64,000 bases of DNA from Vicugna vicugna (GCA_013265495.1 MU058423.1:2619061-2683060); one strand, 5' to 3'; positions 50,801 to 63,983 are shown, counted from the stretch's first letter. Notes: generated by a model from the letters alone, not told the origin. Translations and numbers: made by a program.

Positions 50801-53800
50801 ACCCGGCGCTGGGGCAAACCTGAAGTTCCCCTAATACCAGGATCTTTACCTCAACCCACGATATCTCCAAGGCCCCACCACCACCACCGCCCCGACCTGC
50901 CTGTTCTCTTCGGTAAAGTACTCCTCCTCCCCAGGCAAAGGTCTGAGTGTCCCCTCAGAGGGTCCCCACTCACCTCTCTGTACAGTCCTTGCCTCCCCAC
51001 TCTGAGCCACTCCTGTAGTCACCTGAAACCTCTGAGCGTGCCGTTCCCAACTTCTTCAGCCCCCAGCAGCCCAAACTGCAGGCTTCATTTCACTTGATTG
51101 TTTATTGAGCACCTACTATATGAAAAGCTCTGTTTAGGGGGTGAGAGAGAGGGTTACAAAGGAACATTGCCCTCTTGGTGCTTACATTATAAAATGGTGA
51201 CAAAGCAGGTTATAAGCTTCAAAGGAGAGTCAAAGTGCTGAGGAGATTCAAAGAAAAAAGAGAACCCACTCCCTCAGGAAATCTGGGAAGGCTTCATGAA
51301 GGAAGTGGCATGGGTCTTAGAGGAGGCATAGGGTTTTAACTGTGTGAGTAACTGAAAGAGAAGAGTTCAGGTGGAAGGAACAAGCCTAGCAAAAACATGG
51401 AGACAGGCAGGTCTACGGACTATCAGGGCACTGTGAGTTGTCCACTTTGACTGAAAAATAATCTATGTGTAAGGAAGAAGTGAGACTAGAGAAGTTGACT
51501 GTGGAAGGCCTGGTAAATCAGACTGAAAATAGCACAGTAAAATGTTTTGAACAGGGAAATACAGGGCCATAGATGTCACCATCTCCCATCTTTAAGTGAG
51601 TCAGTTGATAAGTATTTATTGAACCCACAAGTTCCAGAGTGAGAGGTTGAACTTGAGGCTGGGAATTTTCTTTGTCATTCAAGCCTAAAGAGAAGAGAAC
51701 AAACATATAGGTCATCAAGGAGATAGTGCCTGTGAACCTATGACAGAGTGAACTCAGAGGAAAGGGGCTGTCAGAGATGAAGTGATGGAGAGACCAAATG
51801 ATACTTATGCGTCCCAGGTGGGGATCTCATGTGTGACTTGCATGTCCATTCTGTGGAGGCTGAGAAGGGTGGAGTGTTAACTTGAGTGCCTGGAAATTCT
51901 CCCTTCCAGATTCATGGTGTCATAAGAAGCTGCCCAGCCTGATCTGCAGGGACAGGACACCCTGGACCACCCAGCTGCTCATTCCAGCACAGGCTGCCCA
52001 GCTGCCCAGCTGCCCAGCTCATGGCCAGGTTCTGGGCTCTGATTAAAGAACAGAGCTGTGCTGGGTTTCCCAAATTGGGGTCCACAGAGCACTCCCAGCA
52101 GTGCCTGGTCTCTGACTCTAGGGGGCACCCCTGCTCTACATCTCTGGGACAGTCCCTACTGAAAGATGTGTACTCAGCCCTGCCAACCCCACTGAGTTCT
52201 AGGGTAACCTGACCCTTCGTTTGCCAGGCTGGGCATAGTTGGGCGCAGGGATACAGGACCTGTGGCCTCTTTCCCTGACATTCTCCTTTCTTCCAAAGTC
52301 CTCTCCATGCATTCCTGACCCACCTAAAAACAAGACCCACACCCCATTCAACTCTCACACCCCTTTGTCCAAGGAAGGGCCAGACTCTCAGACCCAGAGC
52401 TCCTTAGGGATGGAGAGATGGCTTGTGATTGGCCCTTAGAGGGAGGCAATGGTCACCCCTCACCCACCTACCTGAGGACTCTCCTGGAGAATGATGTGTG
52501 AAAGTTTGGTCTCTCAGATGACCTAGCCTGGAGGGATAGCACTGGAGGGTCTAAATCAGCCCTGGGGACAGGTGTCCCTGGATGGTGAAGACCTGGGCAG
52601 ATGGGAAGACACCAACTACTCCATTTCGGGGCCTCTTGGCTGCTCTGACATTCAGGAGCCACAAGGGGGCAGTGTTAGCCACAGAGCTGCAAAGAGTCAA
52701 CAGCCCTTTCCAGCTAGAGGTTTCTCACTTGCAAACCCCCACTGGCTTCATCTTCCTAGGGAACCTGCTGTCTTGAGGGCCCTGACTTTTCACCTTTTTG
52801 ACCCTCCACAATCTCGGCTTGGAGGGCCAGGCAAGAGGGCCAAGGCTCCCAAGAGAAAATCCCTCCCACTCCTAGGAGGTGGTTAGGAAGAGATGGGCAG
52901 GCTGGCATCCTAGAAGGAGCACTGAACTCAGGGTCCAGAGGCTGCATCTGCATAAGTGAGCAGTGCACTTGAGGCTCCTCTCCCCATTTCCCTGAGCCCC
53001 AGCTCCAAATGAGAGTCAGACTAGGCCTGTCGGCGCTCTCTGAGGTCCTTTGCTGCTCTAGATTTTGAGTCTGAATCAGCAGCTGCTGTCCTCAAGTGGC
53101 TTCTCTTTCCACGGCTCTGACAGTTTGAGAGATTCAGGGCCTGGGGGCAGGGGGCGGGTGCAGGGAATAGCAGTGGGCACTTCTGTTCTCCACAAACCAG
53201 GTCATTCCTCTGGGAACCACAGTCAGAAAGAGATTCAGTCCTAGGGCTGGGAAGGGGCCCAGGAAAGGATGACCAGTGTTGGCTGAGTCCCAGAAAGACC
53301 CTACTAAGGGGCTCCATCTGACTGGTTTTTATATGACCGTGTGGATGTTAGGAGGGCTGGAGGCTGTGAACAGTGTTGCCTCCCAGGTCTGGGCTACCCA
53401 GACTGAGCAGCCCCAGAGTGGAGGCTGCAGAAAGCCTAGACCCTTTCCAGCCTTTTCACTCCAGAGCCCCCAGCAGTCACCTTCTCTCCTTCTCCACATG
53501 TTGCTCTGATTCCTGCTTCCAGCCCATACCCTCATCTCCAGAAAGCAGAGCCCACAACCTGGATTCTCGGAAGAGTCCCTGCCTGGCCTTCCCATCTCTG
53601 GACTCCCCCACCCACACCCCCTCCCTCCAGATCAGCTCTGTTCCCTGTGCGTCTTTGACCCCAGGCAATCTCTCCTGACTCCCATCATTTATATCAGGTC
53701 CCTGGACATGCTCTGCTCGACACCTCAGCTTCCCTGACGGGCATCTGATCCGGCACCTTGGCCTTGACCCTACTCAGCATAGGGTGTGTACTGCTTCTTG

Positions 53801-55291
53801 TATTCCATCTTCTCTTTCTTCCCTGATGGCCTCGTTTCTCCCTTTTCTGTCTCTTACTTGGCTTCCTTCCTTTGATCTCTCTCATCTGCTCTCCCTGTCC
53901 TGTTCTCAGAGCTCTCCAAGTCTCAGAGCCTCTTTGCTCTGGGCCTCTGCTCCCCCACCGCTCTGTTTCTTTGCCTCAGTGTCCACCTTTCCTTTTCCAT
54001 CTCTCCCTCCACCCTCACTTCCTCCTCTGCAGCGAGTACATTGAGAATTGGATCCATCCCTCCATGGACTGAGGGTATAAATAGCAGAGAGAGGCTGGGC
54101 TAGGAGCCAAACTTGCTATGAGCCTCCTCCTTGCAGCCCCAGGCTTGGGCATCTAGGACGAGTGAGGAGGAGAGTCCCGGGCAGGGTTTCCAGGGCAGGG
54201 AGTTGGAGGGCTGGGATTGAAAGCCACTGTACAGAGTGGCCAACCAAGGCAGAGAGAGGGATGTGACAGGAAGCTGGGGGCCTAGGGTGTCACGTACAGG
54301 CCAGGTTCTCCCCACCAGCCTATCCACCTCCACTAACACGGTTATGGAGTCCCTACTTGTGCTGTTAGAGAAGGAGCTCTGGGTCAGAAGACTCCCCAGG
54401 GCCACTCGATGGCCCTGCCCCCTCCTCCAGGGCACAGATGCGTGGGCCCAGGTGGCTGCCAGCAGACGGCAGCTGGGGACTGGAGTGGAAGTGGTGCCCT
54501 CAGGAAACAGGCCACACTCTCACCCTAGCCAGCTCTTCGGCCTAATTAGAGACCAGAATGGGCATTGATTGTCCCTGAGCTCATTATGTCACAGCTGGGG
54601 AACAGCTGGCCAGTTTTTTCCAGGCCATTAGCTGCGCCATGAAGTGGAGAGAGGGAGGGGGCGTGTGAGCAGGATCAATACCCTGTCTGTCTGTGGGGGA
54701 AGCGCCTGGTGGCTGCCCGCTTTGGCACTCTGGGCTGTGCTTCTCTCCGGGTTGGGCTGCAGGGGCTGAGCTCCTCCGAGTTCACACACAAAAGCTCAGC
54801 TCCATCCAGCCTGGAGGCTGGAGAGACAGACTCTGACTTGCGGCTTCTGGGCTGATATTGAACTGGCCCACCGGCACCCTCTGAATCTTCTCTCTCAGGG
54901 GATTAGAAGGGCAAGAAAGGGGTTCAGGTTACCCACGTGGGTCTCAGAGGAGACCTTAAAAGTCCAGCTTCCTCCCCACCCCCACAGCAAGATGACACCT
55001 AAGGCAGCTGTTCCTGCTGGCCTGGGGCCACCTCTCTGTGCCCCTGGGCCGAGCTGGCTTGGGTTTCCTGTGGGGATGGGGAGATGGGAGAGGATGCTTC
55101 GACCCTTGGGGAATGGTGGGTGGTGGAAGGAGGGAGGGGGAAGAGATGGTAGTTCTCACTTTCTTTCTCCCTCTCCCTGGTCTGGTAAGCAGGTCAGCTG
55201 GGCAGGACTTAAGACAGAAGGAAAACTGCCCAGGCTGCCGACCCTAGGAGGCCCACAGTCAGAGGGGACTTCAGCCTTAATGAACCAGCTT

Positions 55292-55332
55292 TTTACTTAT
55301 GGATTTAGGAATTTCCTAAATCCATAAGTAAA
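55292..55332. repeat. Perfect inverted repeat, 20-bp arms with 1-bp spacer
   Basis: TTTACTTATGGATTTAGGAA-T-TTCCTAAATCCATAAGTAAA. Confidence 0.95.
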
Positions 55333-57423
55333 GGCCTCCAAAAATACCCCAAGCCACACTCTTCTTTTTACAGGAGAAAGCAAACTCTACCATGCCTTAA
55401 GCTGTATATGCCCGGCTGATTGCTGTCAGTGCTTCGCTTTAGTTCTCTCTGTTCCTTTCCTGTTTGTTCTATATGGAATTCTAATGCAGCCCCGACGTCT
55501 CTCAGACACACGTCCTCAGGCCACTGGTGGAGGCCTTACTCAACGGTAGAGTTGGGGGAGACACCAGGCTCCCTTCCATCCTGCCCTCACCCCTACCACC
55601 CCAGCACCACCATGGGCCCCAGTGCTGGAGCCCTGGGCAGTTTCCCTACCCCACGGAAGAAGCCAGGCTGTGCAGTGCCCTCTGATCCCCAAACATCCTG
55701 CCCTAGCCTCTCTGTTTCCAGAATCAGCAGTTAACTGAGCCCGGGAATCGGAAGGCCTAGGTTGCAGACTTGCGTTCCTTCTAGGCTCGGCTCCGGCCCT
55801 GAAGAGCTGGCAGACTGCTGTGACTAGAAGTGCGCAAAGGGCGAAAGGGTCCTTGAAATGTACTTCTCTCATTACAGATGAGGAAACTGTCCCAGAGAAG
55901 AGAAACGATTTGCTCAAGGACACCCAGTTGGGCAGAGCAGACTTGAGCCCGGGCTTGCCAACTCCCAGGTGGTCAGTGTTGGTTCTATTCCACCCCAGGG
56001 CCTTGGCTCTAAGTTCCAAAAGCCACGGCTCAAGGTCTAGTGGCTCACCCTTGACCCATGCAGCATGTCCCACTAATCTAACAAACCCAGAGTGCACCCT
56101 CTTTCTCAGGCCTTTCAGAGCAGAGGGGGCACCTGGGACCAGTCCGAATGCACCTTGGTCACCAGTGCTGCCAGCAGCTCCCCTTTCTCCTGGGAGCCTC
56201 CGTCAGCTCTGGAGCGACTGCTACCAAGGGATCTGGTGGAGCGGAGACCGGCGGGGCTCTGCTGTGTCTGATGTTGATCCATTGGTCTGTCTGGGTCCAA
56301 GAGGTGCCGAGGGCAGAGAGAGCCTGCTGATAACCTGGCACTGCTGAACCCCCTCCAGCCTGACTCACAGGGATGGAGTGAATTAGAAGAAATTAAATAT
56401 CGCTCCTTCTCCTGGCGCTGTGAGGAAAGAAATGTCTACCTGGACTTAAAGATGACATGGCCACTGGCCTCAGAATCTGAAAGGGCCTCTAAATGAGAAC
56501 CTGGGCCTGGCTTCCTGGGGCCATCGGCAGGATAGCCTCACCCTCACTGTCTCCTCCTTTGGCTCCAGAACAGGGGGTGACAGCCTTAAGCATCAGGGGC
56601 TAAGATGCTGAATCCCTATGGTTCCAGCGGGAATGGGGGGGGTGGCCAGACAGCCTAGGGAGCGAACCCTAACATAGGGTGCTTTGGGTGGGGATCTTGT
56701 GGCAGAAGAGCTCTGAGGCCCAGGGCACAGGAAGCCGTCCCCCTGAGGTCGGAAAGGGAGCGAGGGAGGCGCCAGGGACAAACCATCTCCCGTCCTGACG
56801 AGGAGAGCCGATGGCAGAGTCCTGGCTGGGTGTCCCACGGGTGCCATAGAGTAGCCCTGTGGATTGGGGCAGGTCCTGGGCCCTCTGGCTTTTAGACTTT
56901 TCTGAGCTGTGACAAGACGCGGAGAGTAACATTTGCCCCACAGGTCGCTGTAGCTTTAAGGCTCACAGAGGGGAATGTCCTCCAAGTGAGGCTTTGGAAA
57001 GCGTATAAAACAGGAATGATGGTTTTCATTACCCCACACTGCTGTCCGTCAGCTCCTCTGTGGGACACATGGCATTAGGACCCCGATTCCTAAGTTGCCA
57101 GAGAATGATTTGTATCACAACATTGTATACACAAATATTTTTGTCAGGAGTGACAGAAGCAAAGGGCCTCTCCTTCTAGAGGGGACTACCCAGGCCCCAC
57201 TAGCAGAGGTTTATAAGCTATAACAGCATCCCTCAGTCCCCACAGGGTCTCTCTGTTCACGGAGAATGCGCCTAAAATTGAAGCCTCGGGGCGTGAGTGC
57301 GTGCACACACACGTATGCACTCTGGCAATTCTGTGGCTCTGACATCAGCTGTCCCCCTTCCCAGGTGCTGGGCCTCCTCGCTTCTCAGTCCACGAAGGGA
57401 GTAATCTCTCTGAGAATAACAAC

Positions 57424-57437
57424 GTTGCGATGGTAAC
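57424..57437. promoter_or_regulatory. RFX X-box-like motif GTTGCGATGGTAAC
   Basis: One mismatch to GTNRCC-N2-RGYAAC; intact GGTAAC half-site; nearby CpGs retained. Confidence 0.45.
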
Positions 57438-58626
57438 GGGATGAGGAGCTAAGAGATGTCAGGACTGAAGGGACAATTTTGCATTCATTAGTTGTAGCTT
57501 TCTGGGAGAGATACTACTGATGATTTATATTTGGTATCATGTTTTAGGACGTACAAAAGACTGTCACATACATTACTATTTAAGCCACGTGGTACTCTTA
57601 GGAGACACATACTATTATCTGAGGCTCAGAAAGGTGAAGGGCCTTTTTCCAGATCACTCAACTGGTAGGTGAAGAGATCAGGACCCAGTCTAGGTCATTG
57701 TTCCCAAACCCTGTTTGCTTTCTATGACATTTTACTGCTTCTCACCTCCCGCTAACTTCCTCCTCTCACCAAGTGTCTCTCCTGCCTGAGCCCGAAGGCG
57801 CAGATGTTCTGTATCCTATGCATTATACAGTCTTTTATAACTTTTTATTTTGAAATAACTTCAAACCTACAAAAAAGTTGTGAAAAGGGTACAAAGAACT
57901 TCTATATTATTTTTTCGCCAACTTCCTCAATTTGTTTTAGATTTCAAATTTTACCCCACTTGCCTCAATTCAAGCATTGCCTCCCTCCCTCCCTTTCCCA
58001 CCCCTCTCATATATATGTTATTTCTGCCCATTAGCTCTTAACACCTCAGTATGCATTTCCTACAAACAAGGGCATTCTCTCACATAACTACAGTACAACA
58101 TGACAATCAGGAAACTAATGTTGTTACAAAACTATCCTCTCCTCCAGAGACCCCATTCAAATGTCAATGATTGTCCTATTAACATTGTTTACAGGTCCAG
58201 GATCCAGTCTAGGATCATGGTTGCATTTAGTTGTCTTGTCTTTTTAGTCCCCTTCAATCTGGACCAGTTCCTTGGTCTTTCCTTGACTTGATAGTTCATG
58301 ATTTTGATATTTTTGAAGAATACAGTCCAGTTATTTTGTAGAATGGCCCTCAGTTTGGGTTTGGCTGATGTTTCCTTATGAGTGATTCTGGTTATGCATT
58401 TTTGGTTAGGAATGCTACAGAAATGATGCTGTGTTCTTAGCTTATCTCCACAAGAGGCACACAATGTTGGTTTGTCCTGTATAGGGGGTGCTAACTTTTA
58501 TCAGTTGGTTGGGATCAAGTCAGCCAGTTTCTCCACTGTAAATTTGATTATAAGTATTGTGTGCTCATCAACTAATAAGCATTTGTGGGGAGATACTTTG
58601 AAACCATGTAAATATATTCTGCATCC

Positions 58627-59075
58627 ATAAATAATGCCATTTGCAGCAACATGGATGGACCTAGAGATCGACATTCTAAGTGAAGTAAGCCAGAAAGAGA
58701 AAGAAAAATACCATATGATATCACTTATATGTGGAATCTAAAAAAAAGAAAGAAAAAAAAGGACACTATGAACTCATCTACAAAACAGAAACAGACTCAC
58801 AGACATAGGAAACAATCTTATGGTTACCGCGGGAAGGGGGTGGGAAAGGATAAATTTGGGAGTTTGAGATTTGCAAATGTTTGCCACTATATATAAAAAT
58901 AGATTTTAAAAAAGTTTCTTCTGTATAGCACAGGGAACTATATTCAGTATCTTGTAATAACTTTTAATGAAAAAGAATATGGAAACAAATATATGTATGT
59001 ATATGCATGACTGGGACACGGTGCTGTACACCAGAAACTGATACATTATAATGGACTGTATTTCAATAAAAAGTT
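58627..59075 (+). mobile_element. Younger LINE-1 3' end nested in the old L1
   Basis: ATAATGCCATTTGCAGCAACATGGATGGACCTAGAG...TTCAATAAA, in the opposite orientation to the host element. Confidence 0.88.
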
Positions 59076-59595
59076 TTTTTTTCATCCACAAGTTTTAGCA
59101 CCCATTGATGATTCTTGCCTAAGTCATTTATTACTATGATGGTAATAAATATGATGCCAAATGGTAATTTTCTAATTTCATCTCTTTTCTGTATTTATCA
59201 ATTGGTATTCTAATGTAAGTGCCTTCTCTTCTCCCCATGTATTTATTTATATCTGTATCAACTCATCCATTCCTACTTTATTCAGTGGATTACTATACTG
59301 AACACTAGTACTAAAATTATTTACTTTGATGCCTAAATTGTTCCAGACTAGGCCTGTGGGTGTCCCTTCAATCTGGATTATGTCTCCTCTTGACATCTTC
59401 CCATTATTCTCTTAGTATTTCCTTACTTTCTAGCACAAGGAGAGGCTCTGGCTTCATCTAGGCTGATCAGTCCTGGTTCTTTTTAGTGGAAAATGGTATT
59501 TAGAAGCTAGGATCTGAGTGATTGGTGTGTTCACTGCCTTTGGAGTATCATTGTATCTAGGACCTCTCAGCAGACAGAGCTAGAAGTATATATGT

Positions 59596-59633
59596 ACACA
59601 CACACACACACACACGCACACACACACACTCAC
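59596..59633. repeat. (CA)n microsatellite
   Basis: Directly visible, with interruptions. Confidence 0.9.
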
Positions 59634-60319
59634 TCTACATCTATTTATCAATGTTAAAAACATGAATTCAAACTAATTGCCCCAATTCTGATGGTTTATT
59701 TCCTTTCCATAAGCAAAACTCCTTTCACTAACCATGAGAAACAAAGCTCCCATTATCTTCAATATATTGTCTATTTTCTCAAGCCCTCTACTTACTTACC
59801 ATCAGTCTCCCAGCCATACAGGCATCTTCCGTGCCCCAGGCTTGCCAGACATGCTGGTTGCACTGGCCAAATTTTGGCCCCAGTCCCACTGACCACATTC
59901 ACTGTGCTAGCTGAATCCTGCATCCACATCAAAGGCAAAGAGGAGAGGAAGGGCACATTCTATAATTTTTTAAAGGTTTGGACTTACTGAAGTTTGTCTT
60001 CATCACATATTGATATCAATTCCACAGTCATCCAGACACTTGTCATATAACCTAAAGATATCTGTTCCAATAACAGAGCATTTTAGATATTTCTAATAGA
60101 GTAATAGGGCCAGAATTTATGAAGTTATTTCTAGATTAATTTGAAAAATAGATTATAATAGTGTGTGTTCTGCATTTTTAAAGCTTTCTCATAATCTGTT
60201 TTCTTATTTTAAATTCACGCTAACTTTGTAAAGATGACAAAAGTAGAGGCCCTCTGCCCTACTGATAAATTCTGGAACAAAATTTCAAAGAAGATATGTT
60301 GTTTACCAAATCATTTCCT

Positions 60320-60703
60320 TTTACCTCCCAGGTGCAAGCTTGACTACATTTCCCAGCCTCCCCTGCAATCAGGTGTGGTCATATGACTGAGCTGTGGAAT
60401 GTGGCCAGAAGTGATGAATGCCACTTCCAGACCCATAAAACCTTCCACACCACTCTGCGTGCTCCCTGCCTCTTTTGCATTTGCTGTCTGAATATGGAGG
60501 ATCCAGTAGTGGATTCCAAAGCCTGTAGCAGTTAGTAGAGCTACAAGATGAACTGTTCTGAGTCCCTGAGACACCCTGTGGAAGGCCATCAACTGGACAT
60601 CAACATTAAACTCTTATGTGAGTGTGATATCGACTTGTGTATTGTATTGACACTGAGACTTGGGGGTTATCAGTCACATTAGTTGGCTCACCCTAACTAT
60701 ACA
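60320..60703 (+). mobile_element. Old MaLR LTR (MLT1H/I/J-like)
   Basis: ACTACATTTCCCAGCCTCCCCTGCA...GGTCATATGACTGAG...AGAAGTGATG...CACTGAGACTTGGGGGTT...ACTATACA. Confidence 0.7.
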
Positions 60704-63379
60704 GAAAGTAGACGAATTGCCCAAGTTGATCCTTTAGAAGTGATAAAGCATCATGTTTAATGTGACCTTCTGATCCCTACCTGAGGTCTCTTCCCATCAG
60801 ATCAGACCAGGTTGCATGCACTTGATACCTCAGGAGGCTGTAACCCTATTTTTCAGAAACGTTCACTATTCTAAAAGTGACATTTTCCTCCTTAGCCCAA
60901 GCACGACACTAGCCCCACCTTTTCTCCCTTCCTCTTTCCCCAAGGGGACTATGGCCCAGGTTTGCTCTTTCATGGATTCATCTTCATCAGATGAAAAACC
61001 TGACTTCCCTAGCACCTGACCTCTGGCAGGAGACTGACCCACACTTAAAAGGTGAGTCTCCCCAGTGAAAGGGGACAGCCCTTCAATTTTCCACAAGATA
61101 ACTCTGTGGTTGGTGATGAGCTGGTGACAGGACCCAAAGTCTGAGGATGGTCCAAAAGGCATGGGGCACAAGTTAATTCCTTCCTCTGACACAGGAGGCC
61201 AGCAGCAGTCACCAGTCACCTCCACATCCTAGCTATTCATAGGCTCATAGCTACTGGTTCAGCAATCAGCACAGCCCAGGCCACTAGAAACTTACATCTT
61301 CCTGAGGATGATGTTCCTCACCTTCCTCCCTCCAGGAAAGACAAATATCTAAGACTGAGGGAGTTAGAGAAATTGGGTCAAGCAGGTGGGAAAAGTGGAG
61401 AACAATGCAATAATGTTGGGGAAAGGAAAACAGCCTGGAGATGTGAACACGAGAGGCCTTGGGAGCTCTCCTAATATCACAGTCTAAATTTCAGAGTTAG
61501 AGTCACAGAGTCATATTTCTAAAGTTAGGCAAAGCTCCAAGGTTTGCCTAATCTTCTTTTCATAGAGAAATGCCTAACCCTCATTTTATAGAAAGGTAAT
61601 TGAGGACCTGAGTGATTAAGGAGCATGTCCAAGGTCACAGAGGTAGGACTAGACTCCAGACCTCTCCAGTCCCAGATCAGCATTCTTAGCACTTTCTCTA
61701 CTCTGCTTGCAGGTCTGATGGGAACCACTCAGTTCAAGCAGTTGGAGTAGCAGATGTAATTAGGATCCTGAGTGCTGGAGAGTATGGTCCCTGAGGACAC
61801 ATCTCTCCATGACCTTAGCCAATCCCCAAGACTGCCTGAAAGCCTTTCCCTGCTTCTATGAGAAGCCAGCTCCCATTACCCACCAGGGTCTGACACAGTC
61901 TGTCTGGGGTGAGTCGCTCAATTCCAAGGTGAAGCAGGAGTAGGAACATCTCCACTTAGAACTCCAGAGCATCTGGGAAGGGAAGTGTCTCCAGACTGGA
62001 AAGGCATGGAAATTTCCCTGCACCCAGAAGCATGCTTGGAATAGTATCAGCTGCCGCATCACCACTCCAGCCCGGCCTTGTTAGCGAGGCAAGCCGCAAT
62101 CAGGAGATAATTAGCTTGCTGTTATTTATTTCCCGCACTAATCAGCAGCCCACTGCTTGCACAGTGGAGAGGGCTCCCGCCCCCAGAGCCGTGGGGGTTC
62201 TTAGGGACCTTTAGTTACCAGCCAGGAAACAAGTAGCAGAAGACAAAGGGCTAGGGAGATGAAAAGGAGGAGGAGATCCGACTGCTGGACCCAGGCGCTG
62301 CGCTGCCGCCAGCTTCTGCACAGCGCACAGATCCCTGGGGAGAGGTGGCTGGCCGGGGATCACCAGGAGCCCCAGGCAGCCCCACATGCACTTTATTTTG
62401 TTCTTGGGGTTGGGCTTTGGTCGATAAAGGGCGGCTGGCGTTCAGCTCCCTGTTCTGCCTCACTGCAGCCAAATTGCCTTTTTCCAAGGCGACTCTCAAA
62501 AAAAAAGATGACATTTATCAAAGCCTGCTGAGTGGTGACCTTGGTGGGAGGGAGAGAGGGCGGGTGTACTGTCTGTGGAAGCAGGCAAAGAAAATGAGGG
62601 AAACCTGGAGGGAAGTTAATGCTTTCAAACCTCAAAGTTGTTGGAACAGTCACGGGGAGATGGCTCTAGGTTTGAGGACGTGCTCAATCGCACCCTCTCT
62701 TGGCCCCTTCCTCACCCTCACCAGTACAGCCTCACTGGCAGTCCCTGCCTGTCCGGCCCAAACAGTAGACTGAAGATGCTCCATGCAGATAACAACCCCC
62801 GGGAAGGGCTCAGACCTATGACTTGTTAACTTTGCAAAACATAGGACCTTAGGATCAGTAGCAGTTCCAGAATTTCTGTATAGGGCAGGCTAACAGACTG
62901 CCATTTGGTTGGAAGGCAGGGAGCGCGGGAGCTGGAAGACTTGCACTAAAGGTAAGTTTGCATAGCAAGTACATTGCTTGTTGTTGTTTTTTTTTTAACA
63001 CGTATTGTATATGTGTCTGGAGGGTGTGGATAAAGCCTTCCCAAGCCACTTCTTAGCCTCACCGCTGCCCAGAATCTCAGAGTTGGAAGAGAACTTAGGG
63101 GTCAGCCTTGGGCCCGCCACAGGACTTCTCCACAAGTCTTCTCCCTTCTCTTATCGGGCCTCCTAAGCTCTTTACACACAGGCTCTTATAACACCTGCCA
63201 CCATGCATTGTGACCATCTGTGTCTCAGTTTCCTTCACCAAACCATGGCACTTGAGAACAAACACAGTTTCTTATGTATCTGTCTTCGTATTTCACTCTT
63301 CTGCTCCTGAACACTCACAGGGGTTCTTGCTGTATGTGCATGGGGGTATGTATGATTGAATGAACAAATGAAGGGACAT

Positions 63380-63570
63380 CTGTGCAAAGCAGTCATTCAG
63401 GCCCTGCTTGAACATTTCCTGTGATAGGGAGTTCATTATCTCAAGATGGAGAAGATCCATTATTGGACAGTTGAAATGTCAGAAGATGTTTCTGGACATG
63501 GAATGGAAATCTGCTTCTCTGACACTTCTACCCAGTAGAACAGTTCTTCCCTCTAGAGGCCCAGAAGAAC
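63380..63570. mobile_element. CR1/L3 3' remnant
   Basis: GCCCTGCTTGAACATTTCCTGTGATAGGGAGTTCATTATCTC...TTGGACAG resembles the L3 3' consensus. Confidence 0.55.
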
Positions 63571-63855
63571 AGAGGTCTTCAATCTAGGATTCCATGGATA
63601 AGCCCTTATGAGATCCCTGCCCCCAAGAAATGTGTGTAAAATTGTGTGTCTGCCCATGTGCTTAGGGGGTAGGGAATCCATCGTTTCACAAAGGAGTCTG
63701 TATTACCAAATTTTAGCACCATACTTCATTTGTTTACTCCCTCTTCCTCAGGAAATACATGCTAGACAAACCAAGAGTCCTCAAAATGCTTACTTTTTAA
63801 GATTTTCCCTCCTTACTTTTCCAAGGAGAGTAAAACCCAAAGTTGTTATGTATCT

Positions 63856-63983
63856 CTTTTTACAGAAGCATTATTTTATCCTTTATTTTAAATACAATTT
63901 TTAAAAGTAACTTTCCATTTACAGTTATTACAAAATACTGGATATTCCCCATGTTGTACAGGACAACCTTGAGCCTACCTTAC
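63856..63983 (-). mobile_element. Very short LINE-1 3' end, antisense, with 16-bp TSD
   Basis: Reverse complement of the L1 tail at ~11215-11330; TSD AAGT(T/C)GTTATGTATCT at 63840-63855 and 63984-63999. Confidence 0.82.

Larger units (their letters stand above)
57835..59780 (-). mobile_element. Old LINE-1 (L1MC-like) 3' region, antisense, interrupted by a younger L1
   Basis: T-rich antisense L1M-type sequence (TTTTATTTTGAAATAACTTCAAAC..., TTTTGTAGAATG..., GATGCCTAAATTGTTCCAGA). Confidence 0.75.

Noticed and set aside
52116..52129. Second CTCF-like word ACTCTAGGGGGCAC
   Set aside because: Two mismatches in the 5' part of the core; too weak without binding data.
43300..63900. Many 60-185-aa ORFs upstream of GPR61 (e.g. 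55540..56097, 55820..56347, 49184..49645, 51912..52358)
   Set aside because: Many use non-ATG starts, overlap on both strands or cross MIR/L1 remnants; I recognised no protein family or consistent exon chain.
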